A stretch of 63,921 nt of DNA, the filler included, from Octopus bimaculoides (Eukaryota), in assembly GCF_001194135.2 (NCBI RefSeq). It is 8 parts of 8 records of this genome, joined end to end, with 100 filler letters (N's around TTAATTAATTAA, not from the genome) between each part and the next. Parts side by side here need not be neighbours in the genome. Positions count along the whole stretch, not along the records: positions 37,161 to 51,751 come from NC_068983.1; 7 more parts are not named here. One strand, written 5' to 3'. The notes beneath the pieces were generated by a model. That model was not told the origin of the DNA, searched no databases, and saw only the letters and a program-made list of their open reading frames with translations. Position numbers and translations under genes: made by a program. Position 1 is the stretch's first letter, and each line of letters begins with the position of its first letter. This document shows positions 37,195-49,830 of the stretch, piece after piece.

Positions 37195-37250
<56 letters not shown>

Positions 37251-38336
37251 GGTGTATGTATGTGTATATGTGTGTTTCCGCGTGTATGTGTACATACAAG
37301 CAAACAAGGTTACTGTTTGAAAGACAGTCTGAGTGAACAATCATCAATTTCTCTTAGATAAATCTGTCTACTTGATTTTAAATATGATTCTTCACCTTAC
37401 ATTGTAAAGAGAACTGCGTATATTAAATTATACTGTCTAGACATCTATTGCTAGACTACTACAAATAAATAATGTCCACCTCCCTCCAGCATCTGCTTGT
37501 TTGTTACAGCTCTTGTAGTTTCGTATGCATTATGCCTATGTCTGCTTTTATGACGCAGTCTAAGAACTTTAGCGACATATTTTGTCCTCATGGATTGTTG
37601 AAGAATAATCAGAAAATTTCCTTATATATGTATATATGTATGTATATATGTGTGTACATATANNNNNNNNNNNNNNNNNNNNNNNNNNNNNNNNNNNNNN
37701 NNNNNNNNNNNNNNNNNNNNNNNNNNNNNNNNNNNNNNNNNNNNNNNNNNNNNNNNNNNNNNNNNNNNNNNNNNNNNNNNNNNNNNNNNNNNNNNNNNNN
37801 NNNNNNNNNNNNNNNNNNNNNNNNNNNNNNNNNNNNNNNNNNNNNNNNNNNNNNNNNNNNNNNNNNNNNNNNNNNNNNNNNNNNNNNNNNNNNNNNNNNN
37901 NNNNNNNNNNNNNNNNNNNNNNNNNNNNNNNNNNNNNNNNNNNNNNNNNNNNNNNNNNNNNNNNNNNNNNNNNNNNNNNNNNNNNNNNNNNNNNNNNNNN
38001 NNNNNNNNNNNNNNNNNNNNNNNNNNNNNNNNNNNNNNNNNNNNNNNNNNNNNNNNNNNNNNNNNNNNNNNNNNNNNNNNNNNNNNNNNNNNNNNNNNNN
38101 NNNNNNNNNNNNNNNNNNNNNNNNNNNNNNNNNNNNNNNNNNNNNNNNNNNNNNNNNNNNNNNNNNNNNNNNNNNNNNNNNNNNNNNNNNNNNNNNNNNN
38201 NNNNNNNNNNNNNNNNNNNNNNNNNNNNNNNNNNNNNNNNNNNNNNNNNNNNNNNNNNNNNNNNNNNNNNNNNNNNNNNNNNNNNNNNNNNNNNNNNNNN
38301 NNNNNNNNNNNNNNNNNNNNNNNNNNNNNNNNNNNN

Positions 38337-38396
<60 letters not shown>

Positions 38397-38983
38397 TGAA
38401 TGTATGTATGTATGTATGTATGTATGTATGTATGTATGTATGAATGTACGTATGTATACAATTACGGAGATACGAATCTAGATTTTCATTGAAACAAAGT
38501 TATATAATAATAGAACTACCACACAGGATATATTGGCATATTATAATACCTTCTGAACCATGAAGGATATAATTTCCCACATTATTGATAATACTGTTTA
38601 CTGAATAAAATAATTTTGTACTAAACAAATCATAATGGTATTAAACAACACTAATGATATGTTACTGCGGAATGTATCATAACGAAAACGAAAAATTATG
38701 ACTAATCCTTTAGGACTTAAGATGTCTCGGTAAAATGTACGCTTAATGCAAAAGTTTCTGTTCCGAGTGACGAGTACTGGGGGTTCAATAGGAGTGATTG
38801 TCCTAAGCATGTTATGTTTTCAGTTCTTTAAAACATTGTCTCACAAAGGCAAGGACTTGCGTTAAGAAATTCGCTTCAGAGTGTAATTCCGTGTTGAATT
38901 CCATTGCTGGTTTTCCCTCGGTTGGTAATGTCTACCATAAATTCAGGTGTGGTCTAGTGTTGCATCTTCATTCCTTCTCCTTC

Positions 38984-39052
38984 TCTCACCGCGTATCTGT
39001 TAACCTTCAACAAGCAGCCTAGCCATACACGCTTGCGTTGCTCTGCATGCGC
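38984..39052 (-). promoter_or_regulatory. Candidate promoter and first exon of a minus-strand transcript
   Basis: NRF1-like GCGCATGCAG (39043-39052) and donor GCG|GTGAGA at 38990/38989, in CpG-retaining DNA at the edge of the CpG-depleted domain. Confidence 0.3.
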
Positions 39053-39560
39053 TATCAGGTGGAGTCAGTCAGATATTGAGGCCATAAAACACTTCATTAT
39101 TTTTTTCACCATTTTATTCTCTGACATCTTTACTCTGAAAACAGAGCTACATCCGAACAGCAATATCTATTCTTTCTGTTATACTTATTAATAAATACAT
39201 TGTTTTCCTACGAAGGCAATAATAATCAGATTACTAGTTTCATTGATTTCTGTTATATAAATACGCATTAACATATGTGTGTGTGTGTGAGTGTGTGCGC
39301 ATGTCTATGTAGTCATGTATATAGTACGCATTCACACGCACATACACAGACACCCACACGTTCATATAAACAACCAGGTGTACCGAAGACATGGGAAATA
39401 GAGCAAATGGTAAAATTTTGGTCATCTCGAATCCACGATTAACCATTAAGGATCTCCGTTTAACGTCTGCTCGTCACTAACCCGAGGACGACGTAGTTTG
39501 TACTGACTCGGGTAACTCAGACTGACAATAAGCAAACTAAGAGAAAGTAACATATGCCCA

Positions 39561-39830
39561 CGGGCATATGGCGTAGTGGTCAAGAGCGCGGGCTACTCAC
39601 CCCAAGATGCCGAGTTCGATTCCAGGCAATAACCTGAATAATAATAATAATAATAGCATCGAAATATACCTTAGGAATGAGAACCCAGGTTCGAAATTTC
39701 CCCAAGACACCTGATAAAGGCCGGAGTGTATATCAGTCGAAATGTTGTGTTAACAACAAACAAGATGGGGACAAATATCCGTCAAATGTAAATAATGTAC
39801 ATAATACTTCATCACTTAAATATAGAACAG
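39561..39830 (+). mobile_element. tRNA-head/(TAA)n/hammerhead-tail SINE, copy 2
   Basis: A box TGGCGTAGTGG, B box GAGTTCGATTCC, short (TAA)n; tail colinear with copy 1. Confidence 0.85.
39706..39751 (+). ncRNA. Minimal hammerhead motif, degenerate copy 2
   Basis: GACAC-CTGATAA-A-GGCCG..CAGTC-GAAAT-GTT-GTGTT; G8 mutated. Confidence 0.5.
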
Positions 39831-40019
39831 AAAGTAACAAAATGAGCAATTTAGCTTTCTCTTATTATGAACTCCGAAAGAGGAACAATCTTCCATATCA
39901 AAATATGATACGAAATATCATAACATAACATAACCTAATATAATATTTATAATAGGTTATATTGTTATATTTTTACGTATTACAGTCATTAGACTGCAGT
40001 CATGCTGAGGCACCACCTT

Positions 40020-40320
40020 CAAGGATATAGTCCAAGAAATCGCCACCTTTACTTTCATTTCTTTCAGCCCGGTACTCATTCTATACGTATTTTTTGCTGA
40101 ACCGCTAAGTTACGGGGAAATAAACAAACAGCGTCTGTCCAGCGGTGGTGGCAGACAAACACAAATACAAAGAGACAGACACAAGTATGTATGTGTACAT
40201 GTGTCGATTAGTGGGGTGGGGGGTTTGTGTGTGCATGCGTGAGTGCGAGTATGCGTGTATATATGTGTGTGTGTGTGTGTGAATGTCCCAGCATGGCTTT
40301 CGCTTTCGTGCTGAAAGAAA
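40020..40320 (-). mobile_element. SINE family A fragments
   Basis: GACTGCAGTCATGCTGAGGCACC..GCTGAACCGCTAAGTTACGGGG. Confidence 0.7.
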
Positions 40321-40404
40321 TAAAGTAAAATTTCAAGATCTACATGTATGCTACGTACAGAATTGGTGTATCAAATACAAATAAGCAGAACAAAACACAT
40401 ACTC

Positions 40405-40805
40405 TTTTACTTGTTTCAGTCTTTTGACTGGACTGTGGCCATGCTGGAGCACCGCCTTTAGTCGAGCAAATCGACATCCAGGACTTATTATTTGGAAGCC
40501 TAGTACTTATTCTATCGGTCTCTTTTGCCGAACCGCTATGTTACGGGGACATAAACACACCAGCATCGGTTGTCAAGCGATGTTGGGGGGACAAACACAG
40601 ACATACAAACACATACACACATACATATATATATATACATATATACGACAGGCTTCTTTCAGTTTCCGTCTACCAAATCCACTCACAAGGCATTGGTCGG
40701 CCCGAGGCTATAGTAGAAGACACTTGCCCAAGATGCCACACAGTGGGACTGAACCCGGGACCATGTGGTTGGTTTAGCAAGCTACTTACCACACAGCCAC
40801 TCCTA
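40405..40805 (-). mobile_element. SINE family A, best-preserved full copy
   Basis: Head, body, internal (CA/TA)n and tail all present; CpGs retained. Confidence 0.92.
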
Positions 40806-43729
40806 CACTTTTACATGGGTAAATATGTTTATTTCAATCGGCAGAAGGTACCAGGAAACAGAAAGGCGGTGTGTTTCGTGCATGGATATTGTTACTTTGA
40901 TAAACTCCACGCACGAATCTCTTGTCATTTTGTAACTTCTGCCAATTATGATAGTAAATTACGCGCTCGCATGCGTGGGTGCACGAGCGCGTTTTTTGTG
41001 GGTGTGCGTGTATGTGAAGCAAGCACGGTTTCCCTATTTTCCAGAACATGTCTGCAATTAGCAACTAAATTCCTTTCAATACTCTCTTTAGAAAGAAAGA
41101 CACTTTACGTAAAATAACCCTCTCTAAATGAAATTAGAATGAGGCGAGCTTAATCAGAGACGGAGAGTTTGCGATTCGTGAAAATATGTCAAGCTTGACT
41201 CTAAATAAAAAAAAAAGACTAAAAAAAGTCATGCTTAGCTAAAGGCAAGTGAGATCGTCTTTAAATTACAATAAGATTGTTTTCAAGCTTCTCAAGCCGA
41301 CAGCTGTATATGGAGACAATGAAGACCTGTAAAATAATCTCATTATAATTCTGCTGATCGCTGCGTTACTCAGCGCGTCGGTAAAGCTTTCACAAGATTA
41401 GAGAAAAAGAGGGAGAGCGATGCGTCCATGACGTGAAGTAGCGGGCATGTAATTGTAGCGCTTCCACGTGATTAGTTGAAGGTAAAGAGAGGGTAAAGAA
41501 AAAGGAGACAGAAAAAAAGGATAAGGTGAAGAGTGAGAGAGAAAGAGGGTGTAAGAAGAAGGAGAGAGAAGCGTCCATGACGTGAGGTAGGGGAAACATA
41601 ATATCCATTACTGGGTTAAAAAATTTAGTTGAATATATAGGAGGAGAGTTAAAAATATAATTGTAGTAGAGGGGTGATGTTCGTATGGTGAAGTTTAAGA
41701 AAGACAGAAAGAGAGGAGAGAGAGAGGAGGGAGAGAGAAAGGAGGGAGAGTCGAGGACGAGAGGGAGAGAATGATGATGATGATGATGATAGTGGTGGTG
41801 GTGGTGGTGGTGNNNNNNNNNNNNNNNNNNNNNNNNNNNNNNNNNNNNNNNNNNNNNNNNNNNNNNNNNNNNNNNNNNNNNNNNNNNNNNNNNNNNNNNN
41901 NNNNNNNNNNNNNNNNNNNNNNNNNNNNNNNGTAGGGGTGGTGGTACTGGTGGTGGTAGAGATGGAGGTGGTGGAAGTGGCGGTGGTGGAAGTGGCGGTG
42001 GTGATTGGATAGTGAAAAGTGTATTTTTTAAAAATTCGACTAAGTTTCTTATATCACATGTCACTTTTTTTTTTAATTCATTGATACTGTCTTGCTATGT
42101 CACGAAGCCGTAATAAGAGAGTATTTGTTAAAGGTGTCGTAAAATTGACAATGAAATTTTCAATAAAATAAGGAAACACCGATGGTTTCTTGAATATTTC
42201 CCTTAAAAACCAAACCATGTTTGAGCTTCAAAAACTTCTTAGCTTTATAAAAAGTAGCCCATTCACTGGTCATTCTAATTGATATAGAATTTGCTGTAAA
42301 TCATATCTAGACATTCACTAGTGTTATGGGTGTATGCTAGCCTCCTGTAATAACCTACATATTTTTGTGGAGTAGCTTAGAGAAGAATTAATGTTTTCGT
42401 TATCATTTTTCTCTGTGTATGTTAGAGCAATTCATAATTAACGTAACACGTTTTAGTTTCTTTGAATAACTAGATAAACATATAGAATTCTCTTCCTATC
42501 AGACTTATCATATGATAACCATCTTTTTCAAATGCTATATATCTTGTGTGCTATGACAGAACACTCTAAATCAAACAATACTATCCGTAATAGCAATAAA
42601 ATGGTGATGGCACTGATAAAACTTTGAATTTGAAATCCTACAGTATTTAGGTTTGTTTTTTTATGTTCTGCTCTCGATGCTTATCGAACCCAATAAAATC
42701 TTGTTCTGAAATGAACTCATATCGATTCATCGGTAATATAAGGAGCCATGATAGTTTTGAGAAATCAGTAGTATCTCTTCAATTGCTATATACATTTGAG
42801 TCAGTTTTACGGAGACGTCAGATGTGCATAAGTCTGGGTTTGAGCTCTGGTAGCTTTCTTAATCCATTTCCTAAAGCACTGAAATATTTGGGTCGTCGGG
42901 GAATATTAATTGATATACATTGCGCTCGTGCACTGCATTTACGAGGTGAAATGAAAGGTCAGATAAGTTACAAACTTCGTTAAGGTGCATTTTATGTTAA
43001 TACAACCTAGAGAACAATTAACTTAGAAACAGGCGAGGGATAAAATGTAATTTCCATAATTGATATCGAAATTAAATATTAATTTCTGAATAATATTAAT
43101 TCTTTCGTGATGTGCATCGATTTATATACAAGTCGTTTTGTTATAAGAATACCAATTTCCAGTATTTTATAATTAAAGTTATTAATTTTACTTTTGGTTA
43201 AATGCATATTTGAAAGCATTTCCCCATACACAAGGAATATATTTAATTCCCTTTGTATATCCGTTGAGATGAAAGCTATTTCAATGCAATTCTTCTGTCA
43301 TTAGCTACAGAAATATTCCCCATATCTTATTAACGGTTCATTGAATTGATAATTGAACACTGGATTATTAACAAGTTAGGCATTGAAAACTTAAATAAAA
43401 TCTTGGCTGGTTTAGGAGATTTCCATCACAGTTTGACAAAAATATGTTTTACAGCAAAAGCAATGTGGCTTTTATGCTATATGCATATAGCAAGGTTACG
43501 TACTCCAGGACGGCGTTTCCGTTCAGTATGATAACAATTGTGAGAGTAAAAGAAATCAAATTTGTATCATTAAACCAACTTTCAATCACGTTTTGTCGCT
43601 TAAAATTAGATAAGTAATTTTAGATTCACAGATTAATTGCCTTTAACACTACAGTTTGTATTCAGTAGTTTTCAATAGCTGAGCAGTATTGCCGTCGCGC
43701 TTACTTCAAACTCCGATGTACGTGTGATA

Positions 43730-43935
43730 AAGGTATTCATTATACTTTGGTACAAAGGCAGCGATTCTGACGTGAATGAGGTGACGATTACATCGACGTA
43801 TGGCTGAACTGTTAGTATTTTATCGAACTCGAAAGTTGAACGGCAGAGTCAAACTTAGCGTCATTACAACTCACAAAGTCAAGCCGCTCGAAAGACCGCT
43901 AAGCATTTTTCCCGGAGTGCCAAAAGATTCGGTCA
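43730..43935 (-). mobile_element. Decayed SINE family B
   Basis: GGTACAAAGGCAGC..CGATTTACATCGAC..TTTATCGAACTCGAAAG..GGCAGAGTCAAAC..CCGCTAAGCATTTT. Confidence 0.65.
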
Positions 43936-45199
43936 GGTACCTTCGCTAGGTATGATAAAAATAATAATACTCGATTTCATGAGAATCAGGAAGTTATAAA
44001 GTTGATATGTATCTCCCGTTGCACTTATATTGTCTTGCAATACCCTCCATTTGCAACATCAATTACGTTCATCCCACGTCACGACAACTGTCTACGAACA
44101 CCGCGGAGACGGAAGTCCTTCCAGATTAAATCATATAAATCTGCATTCACCTTCGAAATAAGCTACTTTTCGACAGCGGTCTTTAATTTGAATAGTTCTT
44201 CGAGCTACGATGACTAATTCAAAGACTGTAAAGTAACCTATTGAAGCTCAGGTTATCATCTGCGGTGAATATGAATTTTGTAACAATATAATAGTAACGT
44301 TAATAGAATGCATTATCTTCTTGACGATTTCATATGTATATCGGGGAAGTATGATGGAAAATCATAATTGTTTATTTTATACTTAAAACGTCACTTTTCT
44401 ATAAAAAATATTTTAAGTCTATAATCTTGGTTCTTTTTTACTTACAACACTTACCACCACTGAACTCTTCGGTATAAATGATGATTTAGCACTTCAGTAT
44501 TTTGATTCTCTTTGAAGTAACAAAACATAATACTAACTAATTTATTCTAACAGAATTTATTTTTCTCCTTAAATGAATAACATTCAGTTAGTTGGCAATT
44601 ACGAATACATACTTTTAGGGGGCAAAAAACGTATATTCTGAGCTGTTGATAATATTAGAAGTGATTCCGAAATAGATAAAACGTAATATCTTTTAAAATG
44701 GATGGGAACGCTGAATCGCGGTTAGAGATACACTATGATGTAATAAACAAAGAGTGGTGCATTTAAAGATAGGTTTGGCTTATCAGGTCAGATTTGTGGA
44801 TAAACAGATTTTAATGTTTTATTCGGATTCCTTTAAAAGATTTCTGCGCTTGGCAGGAAGGAAGAAAAACGCAAACCGGATTACTGTCTTAGAGGTTGCA
44901 ATAAAATAAGGCACACATAAAATCATCAAAACGGAGAAAGGTGTGATTAAAAAAAGAAGTTTGAGGAATTGAAACTGTCACCCAGGTAATACACGGTGTG
45001 GTTTGAACTCTTAACGCTAGAACGATTTCGTCTGATGCTTAAACAGCTTTGCTAGTTTGGTTCTTATTTGTCTATCGGTTGAATACTCAGTAAAAAATAT
45101 GCTTTGGGTGATATCATTTTGTCACCATATTCCTCGGTAAATTGCAGTTCAATATGGAGTTTGTACGCATATACCCAAAATGAGCAGACTTTTTTAAAA

Positions 45200-45715
45200 A
45201 GATATTCGCAATAACAACTACAAAATTCTATTTGAGCCCGATCATTGGTCAATTCCTGAAGGGCTTCATGATAGAATATATTCTCAATATCAGGCTCATG
45301 TTTCTTTGTGAAGGACTAACATCTGCCGATAATATCGGAGTGCTTGTCATTGGCTGTTGTTCAACGGTTTTAAGCAAGGCCTCGTTTTCCACAACATCGG
45401 GCTTCCTTGACCTAGGTTTCTCTTTGAGCCAGTTTTGTTTCACACTTTCGTTGACAGTTGCTGGGCCTTCTGTTTCATTCATTTCTTATTGCTGCTCACC
45501 ATTCACTTTATCTGTTTTCCCATAGGCAACGTAAAATTGTTCTAATTGCAATGTTTTCACTACTCATTTTCAAATATTTAAAATAAACAATTAATGATTT
45601 TATGTTATACAGGAAAATAAAGAATAAAATGTTCAGCAATGATTGGGCATGTACCAAATTAATGATATAACATGGAGGTAAAATTTGCCAAATCTCTTGA
45701 CACATCCTGGTGTAT
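45200..45715 (-). mobile_element. Mariner 5' remnant (TIR + HTH)
   Basis: MSSENIAIRTILRCLWEN..NETEGPATVNESVKQNW..KPRSRKPDVVENEALLKTVEQQPMTST; TIR-like TATACAC..GGATGTGTCAAGAGATTTGGCAAA. Confidence 0.75.
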
Positions 45716-45719
45716 ATAT

Positions 45720-46060
45720 AGAAACTGGGTAAGGACACTCTTTGGTCATGAATGACCATGGGATTGCACCTAGAAATTTCGTCTCCGAGGCACAAGTCGA
45801 GGCAAGCTTGTTCTTGAAAGAACAGCAGGTGCCCATACATAGCGGTCCCCACGCCACCGATGTTATTCAATGGAAAGGAAAAGGTTGATAGTGTTTGGCA
45901 CCAGTGACGTCACAACTCATTTTTAGAGCTGATTGAACTGGAACAACGTGAAATAAATGGCTGGCTCAAAAACATGACACAGAGACCGGTTCGAGAATCG
46001 AACACACTACTTCATGATTGTGAGCCCAATGCTCTAACAACTGAACCATGCGCCTCCACG
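45720..46060 (-). mobile_element. SINE family C
   Basis: Minus head GGAGGCGCATGGTTCAGTTGTTAGAGC..GTTCGATTCTCG; body TTTCACGTTGTTCCAGTTCA.TCAGCT. Confidence 0.8.
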
Positions 46061-46063
46061 GTG

Positions 46064-46130
<67 letters not shown>

Positions 46131-46289
46131 ATGTGTGTGTGTGTATGTGTGTATCACTGTAATGACCGAAATATCGGATGTTTCATACACTGCTGGTCAC
46201 AATGCCCTTCATCACATTATTGTAGCTTTTTTGAATGATGTCACCCCACTGGCTTATTGGGCAGGCCAACAATTACCCTGAACATAATG

Positions 46290-46450
46290 CCTTTTCATCT
46301 CTGCGTTTCTCATTTATAACTGAGTGAACTAAAGCAACGTGAAATGAAGTGATTCCGTCAAGAATGTAACGCACCGTCGGTCTGTGATTTGAAACTACAA
46401 TCTTGAGATTGTGAATTCAAGAACCAAACCATCTGGCCACGCGCATTCAG
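46290..46450 (-). mobile_element. SINE family C 5' part
   Basis: CTGAGTGAACTAAAGCAACGTGAAATGAAGTG..ACCATCTGGCCACGCGC. Confidence 0.7.
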
Positions 46451-48069
46451 ACAGGCAGACCCCCACCACCATACACACTCTTGTGTTTTTGTGTGTATGT
46501 GTATGTTTGTGTGTGTGTGTGTGTCTGCAATTTTCACACTTCCCAATAAATGGTGATCAAAGTTCGCTTGCTTACGACCCTATAAGCATTTCGATAACAG
46601 ATATCAATATAACAATTACCAGACATGAAATAAGTAATGGCATCCATTTGTTCAAGAAAAACACCTCAGCATGGATGCAGTTCAATAAATGAAACCAGTA
46701 AAAGATAATAGTAAGGTACCTATTTTAAAGTTGAATTTAATAAAAGGGATCAGATAAACAAATCCTAAGCCGATAGATGGGTACCCCTAAGATCAATTTA
46801 CCTACTGAATCGCTGATAAAAGAAATGGTACAAGGAATAGGTAAAACTACGTGTGATTCAGGAAGCTTTTTACAGAAATTTAAATTGAAAACCAAATAAG
46901 GAGGAACATTCTGACATGCCTAGTGGCGATTACCATTATAACATTTATACCGTTCGAAGAGTTGAGATATCCTCTATGCTGTCGCTTGACCAGCTAGAAA
47001 TACCACCCATAATTTCCTCAAATCACTTCTTACTCCATTACTACTTTGGCTGTCTTGTGTATCACATGTGACACACAAGACACATATCCATAGCATCCAT
47101 GCATCATGTATGATCACATTTACAATTTCTTTTAAAAACCTGAGTAACAAGAAGCTTATAAAATGAAAGTTTTATATTACTTAGAAGGTATGAAAGAAGG
47201 TTTGAAAAAATGATTGAACTCAAGCATGGGCGTTTAGGACAGAATTATGAAAATGGTTTGAACAGGCCATCGATGAAAAAACAGAATACCTAAAATAATC
47301 AAGTAATGGCGAATTTTATTAAAGACAAGATGGTCACCGCTGAAATGTATTTATTCTTCGAAATATTTGATCAGGGCCATAAAGAGCTACACAACAACGA
47401 CTATTACAATGACTAATTGCGCTAGAGTTACTAGAATTATCGGTATTCGACCGTTGAGTGCAAAGGGATCGGAGTTTGAACCAGATTCAACAAGCTTATA
47501 CTCAAAGAAAATCCACGTATTATCACCCAGTCATTCGATGTGGTATTACGCACCCTGGACCATATTATCCAGTGCATTCCCCTTCAAGATGTTCGCTAGT
47601 GATTTGAGAAACATTTCTTTGAATTTTCTGGTAAAACGAGCGATCATGTTGAGCAGTCATCAATAGCGTTCACATCTGCGTCTCGTTCTCCAGTGACCTG
47701 TAGGCCAAAAATAAGAGACGATAGGATGTCACATAAAAATTCCTGAGTAGCTATCTGTCAATTATAACTACAACTTTTAAAATGTAAAAGAACAAGTTGC
47801 TCCAGGAACAGTCTGCGATACAAAGAAAAAATATATGTAAGAGATGTTAAATATTGGTAATTAAATCAAAACTTCGAGCTAGACACTGATCTAAAGCTGT
47901 TTTTTTTTATCATACATATAATTATAACAAGAATGTCGCTTGTTGCATAACATCATTTTCATCGTCATAATTACATGTAAAATAATTAACAGATTTGCTA
48001 TATTCCATAATAGTATTATAACCATCAACGTATAATATAGTATAGTATAGTGTATGCATATATATATGG

Positions 48070-48510
48070 TGAGAATTTACAAAAAAATCAAAAGACGAAG
48101 ACGGGTGTGTAAACAACAAACAGATGTATTAGTTTAACGCTCGGGAAGTGAGAAAGTCTTTTACATTTCGAGCCTACGCTCTTCTACAGAAAGGAGTACA
48201 AAAATAAACAGGGAGAGAAAATAGAAAAACGTTGAGACGTTATGATCTATCATGGCGAATGCCCGACGGAGGGGTCACGCAGGGGAGCTAGGAAGAAGGG
48301 GAGATAATAAAGTAGTGGTGATCCCAAAACGAAGGTGCGCGTGCGTGTATATGTGAGAGCGTGTATGTGCCTGTGGAAGGGGGCTGGTGACATTGACGTG
48401 TGCGTGTGTGCATGTGTAGGTGTGTGGATGGTGTATGTAGGTGCTGGGAAGTGGTCAATGCCTGAGTGATGTGATGTGGATGCTGGGGAGTGGTCAGTGC
48501 TTGTGTGTGC
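48070..48510 (-). mobile_element. PLE-associated repeat carrying a hammerhead-like motif
   Basis: Shares the AAAGTCTTTTAC.TTTCGAGCCTACGCTCTTC.ACAGAAAGGA block with 10915-10960. Confidence 0.55.
48158..48193 (-). ncRNA. Hammerhead-like motif, variant core CUGUAGA (family 2, copy 2)
   Basis: Minus strand: CTTT-CTGTAGA-A-GAGC(GTAG)GCTC-GAAAT-GTA-AAAG. Confidence 0.5.
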
Positions 48511-48519
48511 GGGGTGGTG

Positions 48520-48830
48520 TAATGTGGTGTGGTATGGTTGTGTGTGGTTTGGTGGTTTGGTGTGGTAGTGTGTGGTGTGGTGGTATGTGGTGTTGTGGTG
48601 CGTGGTGTGGTGATGTGTGGTATGGTGGTGTGTGGTATGGTGGTGTGTGGTGTGGTGGCGTTGGAGTGGGGGTTGGATTGGATGTATAGGGATGGTGGGT
48701 TGGAATGTGTAGGGGTGGGGTAACGAGGGAGAGGTGACGATGGCGGGAGAGGGTGGAAGGGAAGATGACGGGAGAGGGTGATGGGAGAGGGTGACGGGAG
48801 AGGGTGACGATGACGGGAGAGGGTGGGTAG
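48520..48830. repeat. (GTGGT/TGTGG)n pentamer array and GGGAGAGGGTGACGATGA minisatellite
   Basis: Directly visible. Confidence 0.85.
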
Positions 48831-49401
48831 GAGTGAAGAAAGAAAGTAGGTGCCAGAGCAAGAGAGGAGAGGTGGGTGGGAGGAATTAGGTCTGAGAGGA
48901 AGAGGAGAGTTAGATGAAGAGAGAGGAGAGCTGAGCCCATGTTATGCAAAAGAGCAAAGAGAAAAGATTAATCCCTGTTCTCAGCGAAGACGGGAGTCTG
49001 GATGTCCCCTGTGCAAGAACAATCCGAACATAGACAGGTGTTTTAAAGAGTGACCGGTAGAGCGGAAATGGTGAGAGACAGATAGATAGATAGATACATG
49101 CATACATACATACATACATACATGCATACATACATACATACATACACACATATAGATATACATGTGTGCATGTGTATGTATGTATGTATGTATGTATATG
49201 TGTATGTAGATGCTAGGGCGTATAAATGACGGAGATCCCAACATTTCGTCTGAAAAGGAAGAACAATAAGACAGTGGTACATTGCAGGGCCCAGCACCAG
49301 TAATTTCTATCAGATCCGTCCAAGTACTTGCATAATACTTTAATATATCGACACCGAAAAGATTAAAATGAAATTAGATATCGACGGTATTTGAATTCAG
49401 A

Positions 49402-49402
<1 letters not shown>

Positions 49403-49468
<66 letters not shown>
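49403..49468. repeat. (AG)n microsatellite
   Basis: Directly visible. Confidence 0.97.
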
Positions 49469-49469
<1 letters not shown>

Positions 49470-49524
49470 GCCGCTAAGTATTTTGTTCAACTTTCTAAGA
49501 ATTCTGTCTACTCACTCCCGTACT

Positions 49525-49830
49525 ACAGACTGGTACTCCGTCGGTTACGACGACGAGAGTTCCAACTGATCCGATTAAGGGAAGAACCAGCTCCAAAATC
49601 ATTCGTACACTTAGAGTAGTTCTCGGGGAGATTTACCTTGACAGTGGATGTAGGAAGGCTGACCCTAAGAAATACAGGTACAACTCATTTCCTTTTACCA
49701 GCTGAGTGGATAGGAGCAACGTGAAATAAAGTGCCCTGCTCAAGGACACAACGCACCTCCGGGTATCAAACTCACAACTTTAAGATCATGAGACGAATAA
49801 TATAACTACTTGGCAACATGACTTCACTAC
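49525..49830 (-). mobile_element. SINE family C, long variant
   Basis: GACTGGTACTCCGTCGGTTACGACGACGAG..AAATACAGGTACAACTCATTT..CAGCTGAGTGGA..GAGCAACGTGAAATAAAGTG..GCTCAAGGACACAACGC. Confidence 0.8.

Noticed and set aside
37472-38481. Long ORFs in the track spanning gaps (also 52585-53355 and 56334-57613)
   Set aside because: They are open only because of Ns and microsatellite translation.
41381-41403. Partial resemblance to the bantam miRNA on the minus strand
   Set aside because: The seed region does not match and there is no hairpin; no conserved miRNA that I recall was found in the window.
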